This document shows, piece after piece, positions 8,391 through 16,878 of a stretch of 64,000 nt of DNA. The notes below the pieces were generated by a model, which saw only the letters and a program-made list of their open reading frames with translations, did no database searches and was not told where the DNA came from. Location of the stretch: positions 7,708 to 71,707 of the forward strand of contig CBFGRV010000005.1 in the NCBI GenBank assembly GCA_965651265.1. Reading direction: 5' to 3'. The stretch comes from an uncultured Rhodothermales bacterium. Lineage in GTDB: Bacteria > Bacteroidota > Rhodothermia > Rhodothermales > VXPQ01. Made by a program: the position numbers and the translations under genes. The stretch's first letter is position 1; the number at the start of each line of letters is the position of its first letter.

Positions 8391-10104
8391 CGCTTTCGAG
8401 CTCTTTGATGTGATCATCGATGTCCGTGACACCGAAGCGCAGGCAGAAGTCGCCCAACGACTCTCCGGGCACTCGCTGCGCCTTGTAGATGCTCAGCACG
8501 GTGCGCAGCGTAGGAACGATCTCGTCGATGGGCACGAGATCGCGGAAAGGTTTATTCAGGCGCGTTCCTGACGATGTGCCGCCGAGGAAAAGCGCATATC
8601 GGCCCGGTGAGCGCCCAACGATTCCGATCTCGGAGAGGTAGGGTCGCGCACATCCGTTTGGACATCCCGTCATGCGGACGCCGATTCGTTCTTCCTGCAA
8701 ATCGAGTTTTTGGATTTCGGTCTCCAGTGCGTCCAGGAGATCGGGCATGGCGCGTTCTGCTTCGGCAAGCGCGAGGCCGCACGTCGGTAGCGCGGGGCAT
8801 GCCATGGCGAGTTGCCGCAGCGGGCTGATCTGGTCGACATCCGTAATTCCCAATCCTGCGAGCAGGGCATCGATCGCGGCACGGTCCCTCGGCTCGATGT
8901 CGGTCAGGAGGACGTTTTGATTGGGCGTCAGGCGAATCCCCGGGCGAAAACGAGCGACGATGTCTCGAAGCCCGGCCTTGAGCGGCCCGCCGATGCGGCC
9001 GTTTTCGATGTAGATGCCCAGGTACCATCTTCCATCGTGCTGCCGGCTCCAACCGAGGTAGAGCTCGAGCTCGAGAGGTGGGACGTCAACCGGCTCGGGC
9101 AATTCGTAGCCGAGCCGCTCGAAGAGCGCAGATCTGAATCTGTCGACGCCCCAGTCGTCGACCAGGTACTTCAGCCGCGCGCGGCGCCGGTTGTTGCGGT
9201 CGCCGTGGTCGCGTTGAATCAGAACGATCGCTTCGACGACATCCACCACGCGCTCGACCGTGGCAAACCCAATCGGATCGGCGAGTCGGGGATAGGTCTC
9301 CGACTTGTTGTGCGTCATGCCGAGGCCGCCGCCCGCCAGCACATTGAATCCGATGAGCTGCCCATTGCGCACCACTGCCACCAGTCCGACATCCTGTGAA
9401 TACACATCGATGCTGTTATCGCCCGGAAAGGCGATTCCCACCTTGAACTTCCGTGGGAGGTAGGTCTCGCCGTAGATCGGATCGGGCTCCACCTTCGCCA
9501 CACTCGAGTCGACCCTCTCGCCATCGAGCCAGATTTCGTGATAAGCCCGCGTCTTCGGAAGGAGGTGCTCGCTTAGCTGCCTCGCAATATCCAGGATTTC
9601 GAAGTGAAAGGGCTCGCTTGGGGGCACGGGCGTGTACATCAGGTTGCGGGCAACGTCACCGCAGGCCGCCAGTGTCGTGACAAGCGACTCGTTGATCTCG
9701 GCAATCGCCTCCTTCAAGTCCTGCTTGAGGACGGAGTGCAACTGCAGGCCCTGCCGCGTCGTGACGCGGAGGGTGCCGTTCCCAAACCGATCAGCGAGCT
9801 CGTCGTGCACGAGATATTGCTCGGCCGTCAGCTGCCCGCCCGGAATTCGGGACCGGATCATGAAGATGTGGTGCCTATCGGCCTGGCGCCGATCGCGATC
9901 ATCCTGCTGGTAGACGCCGTGGAACTTGAGGATCTGGCGATCGACCTCATCGAAGTGATTCGTACCATCCCGGAGAGAGGCGCACAAGTTTGCGCGGAGG
10001 CCACGGCTTCCTCGCTTGATGGATTCGACCGTGAGCTTCGGTGCCTTCGAAAAGCCTGGTGGCAACTTCGCACGATTGCGCGCAGGTAGAGGTCGTTCCG
10101 GCAT
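8374..10104 (-). CDS. cysI: Assimilatory sulfite reductase hemoprotein (siroheme/[4Fe-4S]); electron donor (flavoprotein or ferredoxin) not resolved
   Basis: KFHGVYQQDDRD motif. Siroheme/Fe-S cysteine motifs ACPALPTCGLA and TGCPNGCARP. Start at ATG 10104; the track start at 10146 is a TTG inside the terminator U-tract. Confidence 0.85.
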   Translation of the reverse strand: MPERPLPARNRAKLPPGFSKAPKLTVESIKRGSRGLRANLCASLRDGTNHFDEVDRQILKFHGVYQQDDRDRRQADRHHIFMIRSRIPGGQLTAEQYLVHDELADRFGNGTLRVTTRQGLQLHSVLKQDLKEAIAEINESLVTTLAACGDVARNLMYTPVPPSEPFHFEILDIARQLSEHLLPKTRAYHEIWLDGERVDSSVAKVEPDPIYGETYLPRKFKVGIAFPGDNSIDVYSQDVGLVAVVRNGQLIGFNVLAGGGLGMTHNKSETYPRLADPIGFATVERVVDVVEAIVLIQRDHGDRNNRRRARLKYLVDDWGVDRFRSALFERLGYELPEPVDVPPLELELYLGWSRQHDGRWYLGIYIENGRIGGPLKAGLRDIVARFRPGIRLTPNQNVLLTDIEPRDRAAIDALLAGLGITDVDQISPLRQLAMACPALPTCGLALAEAERAMPDLLDALETEIQKLDLQEERIGVRMTGCPNGCARPYLSEIGIVGRSPGRYALFLGGTSSGTRLNKPFRDLVPIDEIVPTLRTVLSIYKAQRVPGESLGDFCLRFGVTDIDDHIKELESDAQPA

Positions 10105-10144
10105 ATGGATAGGTTGGATGGAGTCGGGGGCGAAGGGAGTGCAC

Positions 10145-10179
10145 AAAAAAGCCCGCTCATCAGCGCGAGATGAGCGGGC
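10145..10179 (-). terminator. Intrinsic (Rho-independent) terminator inside the cysI leader
   Basis: The minus strand reads GCCCGCTCATC-TCGCGCT-GATGAGCGGGC-TTTTTT: an 11-bp perfect stem, 7-nt loop and U6 tract. It ends 40 nt upstream of the cysI ATG. Confidence 0.8.
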
Positions 10180-10212
10180 GAGTCCCGAAGGGTCTGACGG
10201 CGCGCGTGCGCG

Positions 10213-10332
10213 CTAGTCGTTTCGGCAAGCTCTTGCATCGCTCATCCGCATACAGGTGCAGCACTGCATGCACGGCATACACCGACAGCAGCGGGCACCA
10301 CAAGGATGGGAAGAGGACGAATGGCGATGCAT
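10213..10332 (-). CDS. Candidate leader peptide (39 aa, 9 Cys + 5 Met) of a sulfur-amino-acid attenuator
   Basis: Hand translation of the minus strand from ATG 10332-10330 to TAG 10215-10213 gives MHRHSSSSHPCGARCCRCMPCMQCCTCMRMSDARACRND. It is under 60 aa and so absent from the ORF track. It lies between the fprA stop and the terminator. No SD-like sequence was seen. Confidence 0.55.
   Translation of the reverse strand: MHRHSSSSHPCGARCCRCMPCMQCCTCMRMSDARACRND
10234..10249 (-). promoter_or_regulatory. Candidate attenuator segment 2 (alternative pairing partner)
   Basis: The minus strand reads GCGGATGAGCGATGCA. GATGAGCG (10246-10239) is complementary to CGCTCATC in the terminator 5' arm (10176-10169). 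GCGATGCA (10241-10234) is complementary to TGCATCGC at the uORF start (10331-10324). The two pairings share bases and are mutually exclusive. Confidence 0.45.
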
Positions 10333-10524
10333 TAGAGTGTGAGTCGCGTGGTTGGGCGAGCGTTGATGTGCAAGAAATCGCAGGGCGGGCGCCGTGTCAA
10401 CTATGCTATGTCACCGGAAGCGATACCGAATTGTGTAGATTCGATGAAGAAGTGCGGCATTCGCTGCCAATAAGGGCTGCCGCCGAACCATCTCCATGGA
10501 ACTGCGCCGTGGGGGCGAGGGGCA

Positions 10525-11925
10525 TCAATCTGGTGGATGTCGAACCGCCGCCCACATCTCGTCGATGCTCGTGAACTTCACGCGTGGCCGCCCGAGCGCC
10601 TCACCCCGCTGAATCTCCATTTGATCCAGGCGGCACCAATCCTCGTAGGTGAAGAAGCGTGGCTGACGTTCACGGATCAGGCGCTCGATGGCCTGCGCCG
10701 AGGGCTCCGCCGGCTCGAGGACGAGTCCCGCCTGGAGATCCTGCATCATGGCTTCGACGGTTTCGACCGCATCGGCCTTGTTCGTGCCGATGACTCCGGT
10801 AGGCCCGCGCTTTATCCATCCGGCAACATACTCGCCAGTGACATGGTGGCGCGTCTTCGGGTCCAGGACGCGACCGGATTCGTTCAAAATGACGCTCCAA
10901 TTCTCGTCGAACGGAACATCAGGCAGGGGCACGCCCTCGTAGCCGACGGACCGAAACACCAGCTGTGCCGGCAACTCCTCGTGCTGGCCGGTAGGACGCG
11001 GGCGAAGCCGTCCGCGCTCGTCCCGATACAGCTCATTTCGCACGACGCGAAGTCCCATCACGCGACCCTCGCTGTCGCCGAGGATCTCTACCGGCGAGAC
11101 CAGAAACCGGATGTGGAGCTGGCGGCTTTTGCCCGACGGGCGATTCTTCGAGAACTCCTGCATAATCTCGACATTGCGCACCGTATTGCGATCGGCAGAC
11201 TCCAGGTCGGCGGCGCTTTCCGGGTCCAATTCGACGTCCTCTTGCGTGACCAGGCAGTCCGCATCCTCCATCTCGCCCAGCTCCTTCACCTCGGGTGGGG
11301 TGAAGGCCGCCTGAGCGGGACCACGCCGCCCCAGCATATAAACCTCCCGGACGCGGCTTCGACGCAGCGCATCCAGCGCATAGTCGGCGATATCGGTCTG
11401 CGCGAGCTCCTCCGGGGTGCGACACAGGATCCGCGCCACATCGACAGCCACATTCCCGACCCCGATGATCGCCACCTGCTCGGCGGAAAGGTCGAAGGTC
11501 AGATGACGAAAGTCCGGATGTCCGTTATACCACGCCACGAATTCCGTGGCGGAGTGGCTTCCGGCGAGATCTTCGCCCGGAATGCCCATCGACCGGTCGG
11601 TCTGTGCGCCGGTCGCGTACACGATCATATGGTAATGCCGCCGCAGATCGTCGCGCGTCACGTCGGTGCCGAACTCGACATTTCCGTAGAAGCGGAATCC
11701 CTGCTGCATGGCCGTCTTGTGGAAGACCCGGCACACGTTCTTGATCTTCTGATGATCGGGAGCTACACCTCCACGAACGAGCCCGAAGGGGGTCGGCAGC
11801 CGGTCGAACATATCGACCTCGATGGCTCGATTCGCCTGCTTGAGCAGGGCATCAGCGGCATAGAATGCGGCCGGCCCCGCTCCAATGATGGCGACGCGCA
11901 AGGGCTGCACTTCAATGGCGAGCAT
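10525..11925 (-). CDS. fprA: NADPH:ferredoxin (adrenodoxin-type) reductase, FprA-like
   Basis: 466 aa. VAIIGAGPAAFYAADALLK, PTPFGLVRGGVAPDH, IIGVGNVAVDVARIL, GRRGPAQAAFT and GWIKRGPTGVIGTNK closely parallel mycobacterial FprA and adrenodoxin reductase. Confidence 0.8.
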   Translation of the reverse strand: MLAIEVQPLRVAIIGAGPAAFYAADALLKQANRAIEVDMFDRLPTPFGLVRGGVAPDHQKIKNVCRVFHKTAMQQGFRFYGNVEFGTDVTRDDLRRHYHMIVYATGAQTDRSMGIPGEDLAGSHSATEFVAWYNGHPDFRHLTFDLSAEQVAIIGVGNVAVDVARILCRTPEELAQTDIADYALDALRRSRVREVYMLGRRGPAQAAFTPPEVKELGEMEDADCLVTQEDVELDPESAADLESADRNTVRNVEIMQEFSKNRPSGKSRQLHIRFLVSPVEILGDSEGRVMGLRVVRNELYRDERGRLRPRPTGQHEELPAQLVFRSVGYEGVPLPDVPFDENWSVILNESGRVLDPKTRHHVTGEYVAGWIKRGPTGVIGTNKADAVETVEAMMQDLQAGLVLEPAEPSAQAIERLIRERQPRFFTYEDWCRLDQMEIQRGEALGRPRVKFTSIDEMWAAVRHPPD

Positions 11926-11945
11926 GGTTTATCGGTTGCATGTAC

Positions 11946-12995
11946 TCAGGACGCGCGCTCCAATCGCTCCTGCAGCCGAAAAATGGCGGATTCTCGCACG
12001 ATCAAGCGCGCTGCAAAGATTCGACGCACAGGCCCCACCGGGCGTTCGCTCTCCAGATGGCGGAGCAGTTCGTGCGCGGCAGCGTTGCCGATTTCCGTCT
12101 TGGGGATGGCCATCGTGGTCAGCGGCGGGGAAGTATGTGCGGCGATGGGGATATCATCATACCCTATGATGGCCAGGTCGTTCGGGATGCGCAGCCCGGC
12201 TGAACGCGCCACCTCCATCGCGCCGAGCGCCATCAGATCGTTCGCCGCGAATACGGCCTCCGGCGGATCGGCGAACTTGAGAAGTCGGCGCATGGCCGTC
12301 TGCCCGCCACTGAATCGGAAGTCGCCATCGACCACGAAACGGCTGTCGAACTCGACACCTCCGACCTGCAGTGCTCGCCGAAAACCGCGATACTGATTCA
12401 AGCGACCATAGCTCCGACTACCGGGGCCCGTGAGCGGACCCGATATCATCCCGATTCGGGTAAAGCCTTGTTCGATGAGGTGCATCGTGGCGTCAAAAGC
12501 GCCCTGCTCCGAATCCACCAGCAACTTGGTTATGCCCTCGATCCCGTAATCGCGCTCGATGGCCACCACCGGCATCTGAGGGTTCTCTGTTACGAACTCT
12601 TCGACATCCTCCTTCCGTACACAATCCCCGATCAGCACGACGGCATCGACCTGCTTCTCGAGTAGCATCCGATAGTTCTCTTCGCCGATTTGGAAGCTGT
12701 GATTCGAGTCGCATAGAACGAGGGATCGCTCGTGTTTGCGAAGCTCGTGGCTCAAACTGCGCACGATGTCCGTGTAGAAGGGATTGGTGATGTCGGAGAC
12801 GATCACGCCCACGGTGAAACTGCGCCGCGTCTTCAGGCTCTGTGCCAGTCGATTTGGGCGGTAGTTGAGGGCGCGAATGGCCTCCATGACGCGGGCGCGC
12901 GTGGAATGCGGCACCCAATCCGCGTCGTTGATGACGGCGGAGACAGTCGCAATGGACACGCCGCAATGATGTGCTACGTCCTTGATGGTCGGCAT
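11946..12995 (-). CDS. LacI family transcriptional regulator
   Basis: N-terminal HTH MPTIKDVAHHCGVSIATVSAVIN..RVMEAIRALNYRPNRLAQSL followed by a periplasmic-binding-fold sensor domain. Its stop is 20 nt upstream of the fprA start on the same strand. Confidence 0.85.
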   Translation of the reverse strand: MPTIKDVAHHCGVSIATVSAVINDADWVPHSTRARVMEAIRALNYRPNRLAQSLKTRRSFTVGVIVSDITNPFYTDIVRSLSHELRKHERSLVLCDSNHSFQIGEENYRMLLEKQVDAVVLIGDCVRKEDVEEFVTENPQMPVVAIERDYGIEGITKLLVDSEQGAFDATMHLIEQGFTRIGMISGPLTGPGSRSYGRLNQYRGFRRALQVGGVEFDSRFVVDGDFRFSGGQTAMRRLLKFADPPEAVFAANDLMALGAMEVARSAGLRIPNDLAIIGYDDIPIAAHTSPPLTTMAIPKTEIGNAAAHELLRHLESERPVGPVRRIFAARLIVRESAIFRLQERLERAS

Positions 12996-13119
12996 CGAGC
13001 TCCGAGGTACGGCATAACTGAAAGCGCTTTTGGCGGCTGGAAGTTAGTGTACCAATGGCCCTCTGTAAAGCGTCACAGCCGTTGACTATCTTCTGCGTCC
13101 ACCTCAGACCCATCCGCCC

Positions 13120-15219
13120 ATGTCTGCCGACCCCGAACCGATGCTCGTGGACCGCGAGCTGTCGTGGCTCTCCTTCAATGTCCGCGTGCTGCAGGAAGCA
13201 CAGGATCCGACCGTTCCGCTGTACGAACGGCTTAAATTCCTGGCCATCTATTCGTCCAATCTGGACGAGTTCTTTCGCGTTCGCGTGGCGTCGCTGCGCA
13301 GTCTGCTCCGGCTAAAAAAGAGGGCCGTCGACAAGCTGGGCATCCAGCCGGAAGAGTTGCTCGCTCGGATCCACGAGGTCGTGTCGGCCCAGCAGGAGCA
13401 GTTCGGCGCCACTTTTCGAAACGATATCTTGCCCCTGCTGGAAGAACGCGGCATTCACCTGTTGGATGACGCTGCGTTGAACGATTCACAACGGGCCTAC
13501 CTTCGAGGCTATTTCGATGAGCACGTTCGAGAGCACGTTCACCCGCACGTGCTCGGGGCACAGCCTGCGCCCTTCCTCGAGAACCGGCAGGTCTACCTGG
13601 CCGTGGAGCTGTGGCCGAAGCAACAGGGCGTCGGTCTTTCCGCCGAGGCGCCGAGGATTGGCATCATCGAGGTGCCGAGCCCACCCGTACAGCGTTTCGT
13701 CAGGATGCCGTCTGACGACGGCCGGCATTACGTCATCTTTCTGGATGACGTCATCCGCGTGGCGCTGCCAGAGCTGTTTTCCGGCTTCGATGTGGGGGAG
13801 GCCTATGCTATCAAGTTATCCCGCGATGCGGAGCTGTATCTCGAAGACGAATTTTCCGGAAGCATCGCCGAACAAATTCGAAAGAGCCTCAAGAAGCGTG
13901 AGCGGGGCCTTCCGTGTCGGTTCTTGTACGATTTGCGCGCCTCGTACCATGTCATCGGGATGCTCCAGTCGACCTTCGACCTGGCCGCTGAGGATCTCGT
14001 GTTAGGTGGGCGCTATCACAACCTTCACGATCTGGCCGATTTTCCGGATTTCGGTCTTTCGGATGTCCGCTATGAGAAGCTGCCGCCTCTGCCGCATCCC
14101 GACCTCGAAGGCTCGGCGTCGATCTTCGGCACCATCGCTGAGAAGGACCGCATCCTGCACTTTCCGTACCAGCGCTTCGAGTACGTACTGAAGTTCCTGG
14201 AGCAGGCCGCGGCCGATCCAGACGTGGACTCGATCTGGATCACACTCTACCGGACGGCGCCGAACTCCGCCGTCGTGGGTGCGCTGCTCGAAGCCGCCCG
14301 GCAGGGTAAGCAGGTGACGGCATTCGTGGAGGTAAAAGCCCGATTCGACGAAGCATCCAATCTCGAATGGGCCGCACAGATGGAAGCGGCCGGAGTCCGC
14401 ACGCTGTACAGCTTCCGCGACCTGAAAGTACATGCGAAGATGCTGCTCGTCGGGCGACAGGAGGACGAGCACAAGTGGTACGCGTATCTAAGCACCGGCA
14501 ACTTCAATGAGGCCACGTCCAGAGTGTACGCGGATCACGCTCTCTTTACGGCCGACCCGCGCATCACACAAGAGGTCCGGCGCGTGTTCGCCTTTCTGGA
14601 AGGGGAGGAGAGTAAGCCGGAGTTCGAGCATCTCCTCGTTGCACCATTCTACCTCCGCAAATCCCTCTACAAACTGTTCGATGCGGAGATCGAGCAGGCA
14701 GAGAGCGGCGCGACGGCCCGGTTCATTGGGAAGCTGAATGCCCTTGAAGACGACAAGATGATCTTCAAGCTCTATGAGGCTAGTAGCGCCGGTGTGGACA
14801 TCGAGTTGATCGTGCGTGGCATCTGCTGCCTGGTACCGGGCATGGCCGGGCTAAGCCAGAACATCCGCGCTCGAAGCATCATCGACCGATTCCTCGAGCA
14901 CGCTCGTCTCTTCGTCTTCCACAACGGAGGCGATGAGGTCCACTATCTCGCCTCGGCCGATCTCATGAAGCGCAATTTGAATCGGCGCGTCGAGGTCGCC
15001 TTCCCGGTGTACGATCCCGACCTCCGGGCCGAGTTGCGCGAAATTCTGGAGCTGCAGCGGCAGGACAACGTCAAGGCACGCATCATCGATGCAGAGCAAT
15101 CAAACGGGTACGCGCCACGCGACGGCCGAGAACCGGTTCGAGCCCAAACGGCGACCTACGAGCTGCTGCGCGAGAAGTGGGAGCGTGCGCAACAGGATGT
15201 CGCAGTACCGGTGGCCTGA
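13120..15219 (+). CDS. ppk1: Polyphosphate kinase 1
   Basis: RELSWLSFNVRVLQEA..ERLKFLAIYSSNLDEFFRVRV. Catalytic His context DLKVHAKMLLV. Two PLD-like C-terminal domains. Confidence 0.9.
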   Translation: MSADPEPMLVDRELSWLSFNVRVLQEAQDPTVPLYERLKFLAIYSSNLDEFFRVRVASLRSLLRLKKRAVDKLGIQPEELLARIHEVVSAQQEQFGATFRNDILPLLEERGIHLLDDAALNDSQRAYLRGYFDEHVREHVHPHVLGAQPAPFLENRQVYLAVELWPKQQGVGLSAEAPRIGIIEVPSPPVQRFVRMPSDDGRHYVIFLDDVIRVALPELFSGFDVGEAYAIKLSRDAELYLEDEFSGSIAEQIRKSLKKRERGLPCRFLYDLRASYHVIGMLQSTFDLAAEDLVLGGRYHNLHDLADFPDFGLSDVRYEKLPPLPHPDLEGSASIFGTIAEKDRILHFPYQRFEYVLKFLEQAAADPDVDSIWITLYRTAPNSAVVGALLEAARQGKQVTAFVEVKARFDEASNLEWAAQMEAAGVRTLYSFRDLKVHAKMLLVGRQEDEHKWYAYLSTGNFNEATSRVYADHALFTADPRITQEVRRVFAFLEGEESKPEFEHLLVAPFYLRKSLYKLFDAEIEQAESGATARFIGKLNALEDDKMIFKLYEASSAGVDIELIVRGICCLVPGMAGLSQNIRARSIIDRFLEHARLFVFHNGGDEVHYLASADLMKRNLNRRVEVAFPVYDPDLRAELREILELQRQDNVKARIIDAEQSNGYAPRDGREPVRAQTATYELLREKWERAQQDVAVPVA

Positions 15220-15276
15220 TCAAGAAAATCAGAATGCTCGTCAACCACGTTCTCCCGCTCTCGAGCTGCGAAGTGC

Positions 15277-15783
15277 ATGAAAACGATCCTCTTTTTCCGC
15301 CACGGCAAGTCGGATTGGAAGGCCGGCTTCGGCCAAGACCACGAGCGTCCGATTAACGAACGTGGGCGGTCCGATGTCGGCAGGATGGGGCGCTTTCTGG
15401 TCGGAATCGAATGCCTGCCCGATCGAATCCTTAGCTCGAGTGCGGTTCGTGCCCGCACCACGATGGAGCTGGCTCGCGCGGCAGGAGGCTGGGGAGAGAT
15501 CTCAACGGAGATCACCGACGCGCTTTACGAGGCCTCGCCGTCAGGGGTCCTCGCCCTGGTGCGCGCTCAGAATGACGTGTTTGAGCGTTTGCTGCTGGTC
15601 GGACACGAACCTACCTGGTCCACGCTCATCGGCGGCCTCGTCGGTCAGGCCGCCGTCCGGGTATCGACCGCGACCATGGCGCGCGTGGATTTTCACGCCA
15701 CGAGGTGGAACCAGATCGACTACGGCCGGGGCGAGCTTCGATGGCTCGTGCCGCCGAAACTGGTCAAGAACTTTTTCGAATAG
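15277..15783 (+). CDS. sixA: Histidine phosphatase superfamily protein, SixA-like phosphohistidine phosphatase
   Basis: 168 aa. RHG motif at the N-terminus (ILFFRHGKSDW), SSSAVRARTT, and a later LLVGHEP His motif. Confidence 0.75.
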   Translation: MKTILFFRHGKSDWKAGFGQDHERPINERGRSDVGRMGRFLVGIECLPDRILSSSAVRARTTMELARAAGGWGEISTEITDALYEASPSGVLALVRAQNDVFERLLLVGHEPTWSTLIGGLVGQAAVRVSTATMARVDFHATRWNQIDYGRGELRWLVPPKLVKNFFE

Positions 15784-15795
15784 CCGCCCGGAGTG

Positions 15796-16878
15796 CTACT
15801 GCGCGAGTGCCCGCGTCAAGGCTTGCCGATAGACGGCGGCGTAGCTAGCGATCGTTTGTTCGACGGTCGGGACCTCGACCGCACGCCGCTCCTCTGATCG
15901 TGAGAGGATGGCGTCGATCACCGCGCCCATTTCGTCCGGCGTCTCGCACCGGTGCACTCGGTCGGAATGCCCGGGCGCGCCGACATCGCGGCACACGACG
16001 TGCATTCCGGTTGCGAGCGCCTCGAGAAATACGAAGCCCTGGGCCTCGTACTCGGCTGGATGGAGCAGAATACGCGCATACTGCATGTGGCGGAGTACGC
16101 GGTGTCGAGGCAAAAAGCCGGTAAAGACGACGTTGGCACCGGCTCGAGTCTCGAGAGCCTCACGTAACGGCCCGTCGCCGATCATGCCGAAACGAACGTG
16201 CGGCATCATGTCCGCGACGGCAAGCGCATCCTCCGGCCGCTTCACGGGGATGAGCGATCCAACGTATAGCACGTCGAAGCTCGTGTGGTCACGACCGTCG
16301 GACACCTCCGGCGCCGGGGAAGGAAGATCGCCTAAATCCATCCCCAGGGGGATGATGGCGTCCACCCCGCGCCGTAGTCCACGCCGGGCCGTTTCCGCGG
16401 CCTGATCCGAGCCTGCCGTAAGCACGAACGAGCCACGGCGCAGCCATCTCGCGTAGAGGCCCGGCTGACGAAGCTCCTGTCCGGCAATGCTGGCGACGTG
16501 GCCGCAACGCAAGCGGCGAGCCCCTAACTCGCCCAGCACTGCACATTCGCCGACCCAGAAGCTGTGGAGGAGATCCGGCTGCGCGTCGTTCACGATCCGC
16601 AGCGCGCGTCGCCAGACATCCAACCGGAACAATGAACGGCGATTGCCCGCGCCCAGCGCCCATACGTGGGCTCCATTCCAGTCGTACTCCCTGGACTCAT
16701 ATGGATAGTGGATGGCCAGAACGCCGACCCAATCGGCGATCCCATCCCTCGCGGCCGCACGGACATACGTTTGCACGGCGGGGAGGCAGGTGTCGTCGAG
16801 CTCATCCGCCGGAAATCCTGGCAAGATGAAGAGCAAACGGCGGGGTCGTTGGGCATCCTCCCGGCCCGACCCGTTCAA
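15796..16878 (-). CDS. Glycosyltransferase, GT4 (GT-B, group 1) family
   Basis: C-terminal EX7E-type motif PAEYEAQGFVFLEALATG and VGSLIPVKRPE. There is no in-frame ATG near the domain start. The proposed TTG at 16878 forms a TTGA overlap with the upstream radical SAM stop. Start uncertain. Confidence 0.75.
   Translation of the reverse strand: MNGSGREDAQRPRRLLFILPGFPADELDDTCLPAVQTYVRAAARDGIADWVGVLAIHYPYESREYDWNGAHVWALGAGNRRSLFRLDVWRRALRIVNDAQPDLLHSFWVGECAVLGELGARRLRCGHVASIAGQELRQPGLYARWLRRGSFVLTAGSDQAAETARRGLRRGVDAIIPLGMDLGDLPSPAPEVSDGRDHTSFDVLYVGSLIPVKRPEDALAVADMMPHVRFGMIGDGPLREALETRAGANVVFTGFLPRHRVLRHMQYARILLHPAEYEAQGFVFLEALATGMHVVCRDVGAPGHSDRVHRCETPDEMGAVIDAILSRSEERRAVEVPTVEQTIASYAAVYRQALTRALAQ

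Noticed and set aside
10104-10146. Longer cysI start (ORF-track start at 10146)
   Set aside because: The first codon is a TTG lying inside the terminator U-tract. The ATG at 10104 gives an N-terminus that aligns with other CysI/Sir proteins.
10180-10524. A known riboswitch (SAM-I/II, cobalamin) in the cysI leader
   Set aside because: I looked for the SAM-I core (AUCAAGAG..GGAGGGA..GGCCC..GCAACC) and the B12 box (GCCACUG) on the minus strand and found neither. The uORF-based attenuator explains the terminator better. A covariance-model scan (Rfam/Infernal) is still needed to exclude other classes.
9858-10574. ORFs 9858-10238 (-) of 126 aa and 10170-10574 (+) of 134 aa covering the leader region
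   Set aside because: They overlap the cysI start or the fprA end in other frames, have no recognisable domains, and are incompatible with the terminator and uORF reading of the region.
10537-12396. 619-aa plus-strand ORF spanning the fprA and LacI loci
   Set aside because: It is antisense to two genes with clear family motifs, has no recognisable domain and an Arg/Ala/Pro/Gly-rich composition. This is typical of a stop-poor antisense frame in GC-rich DNA.
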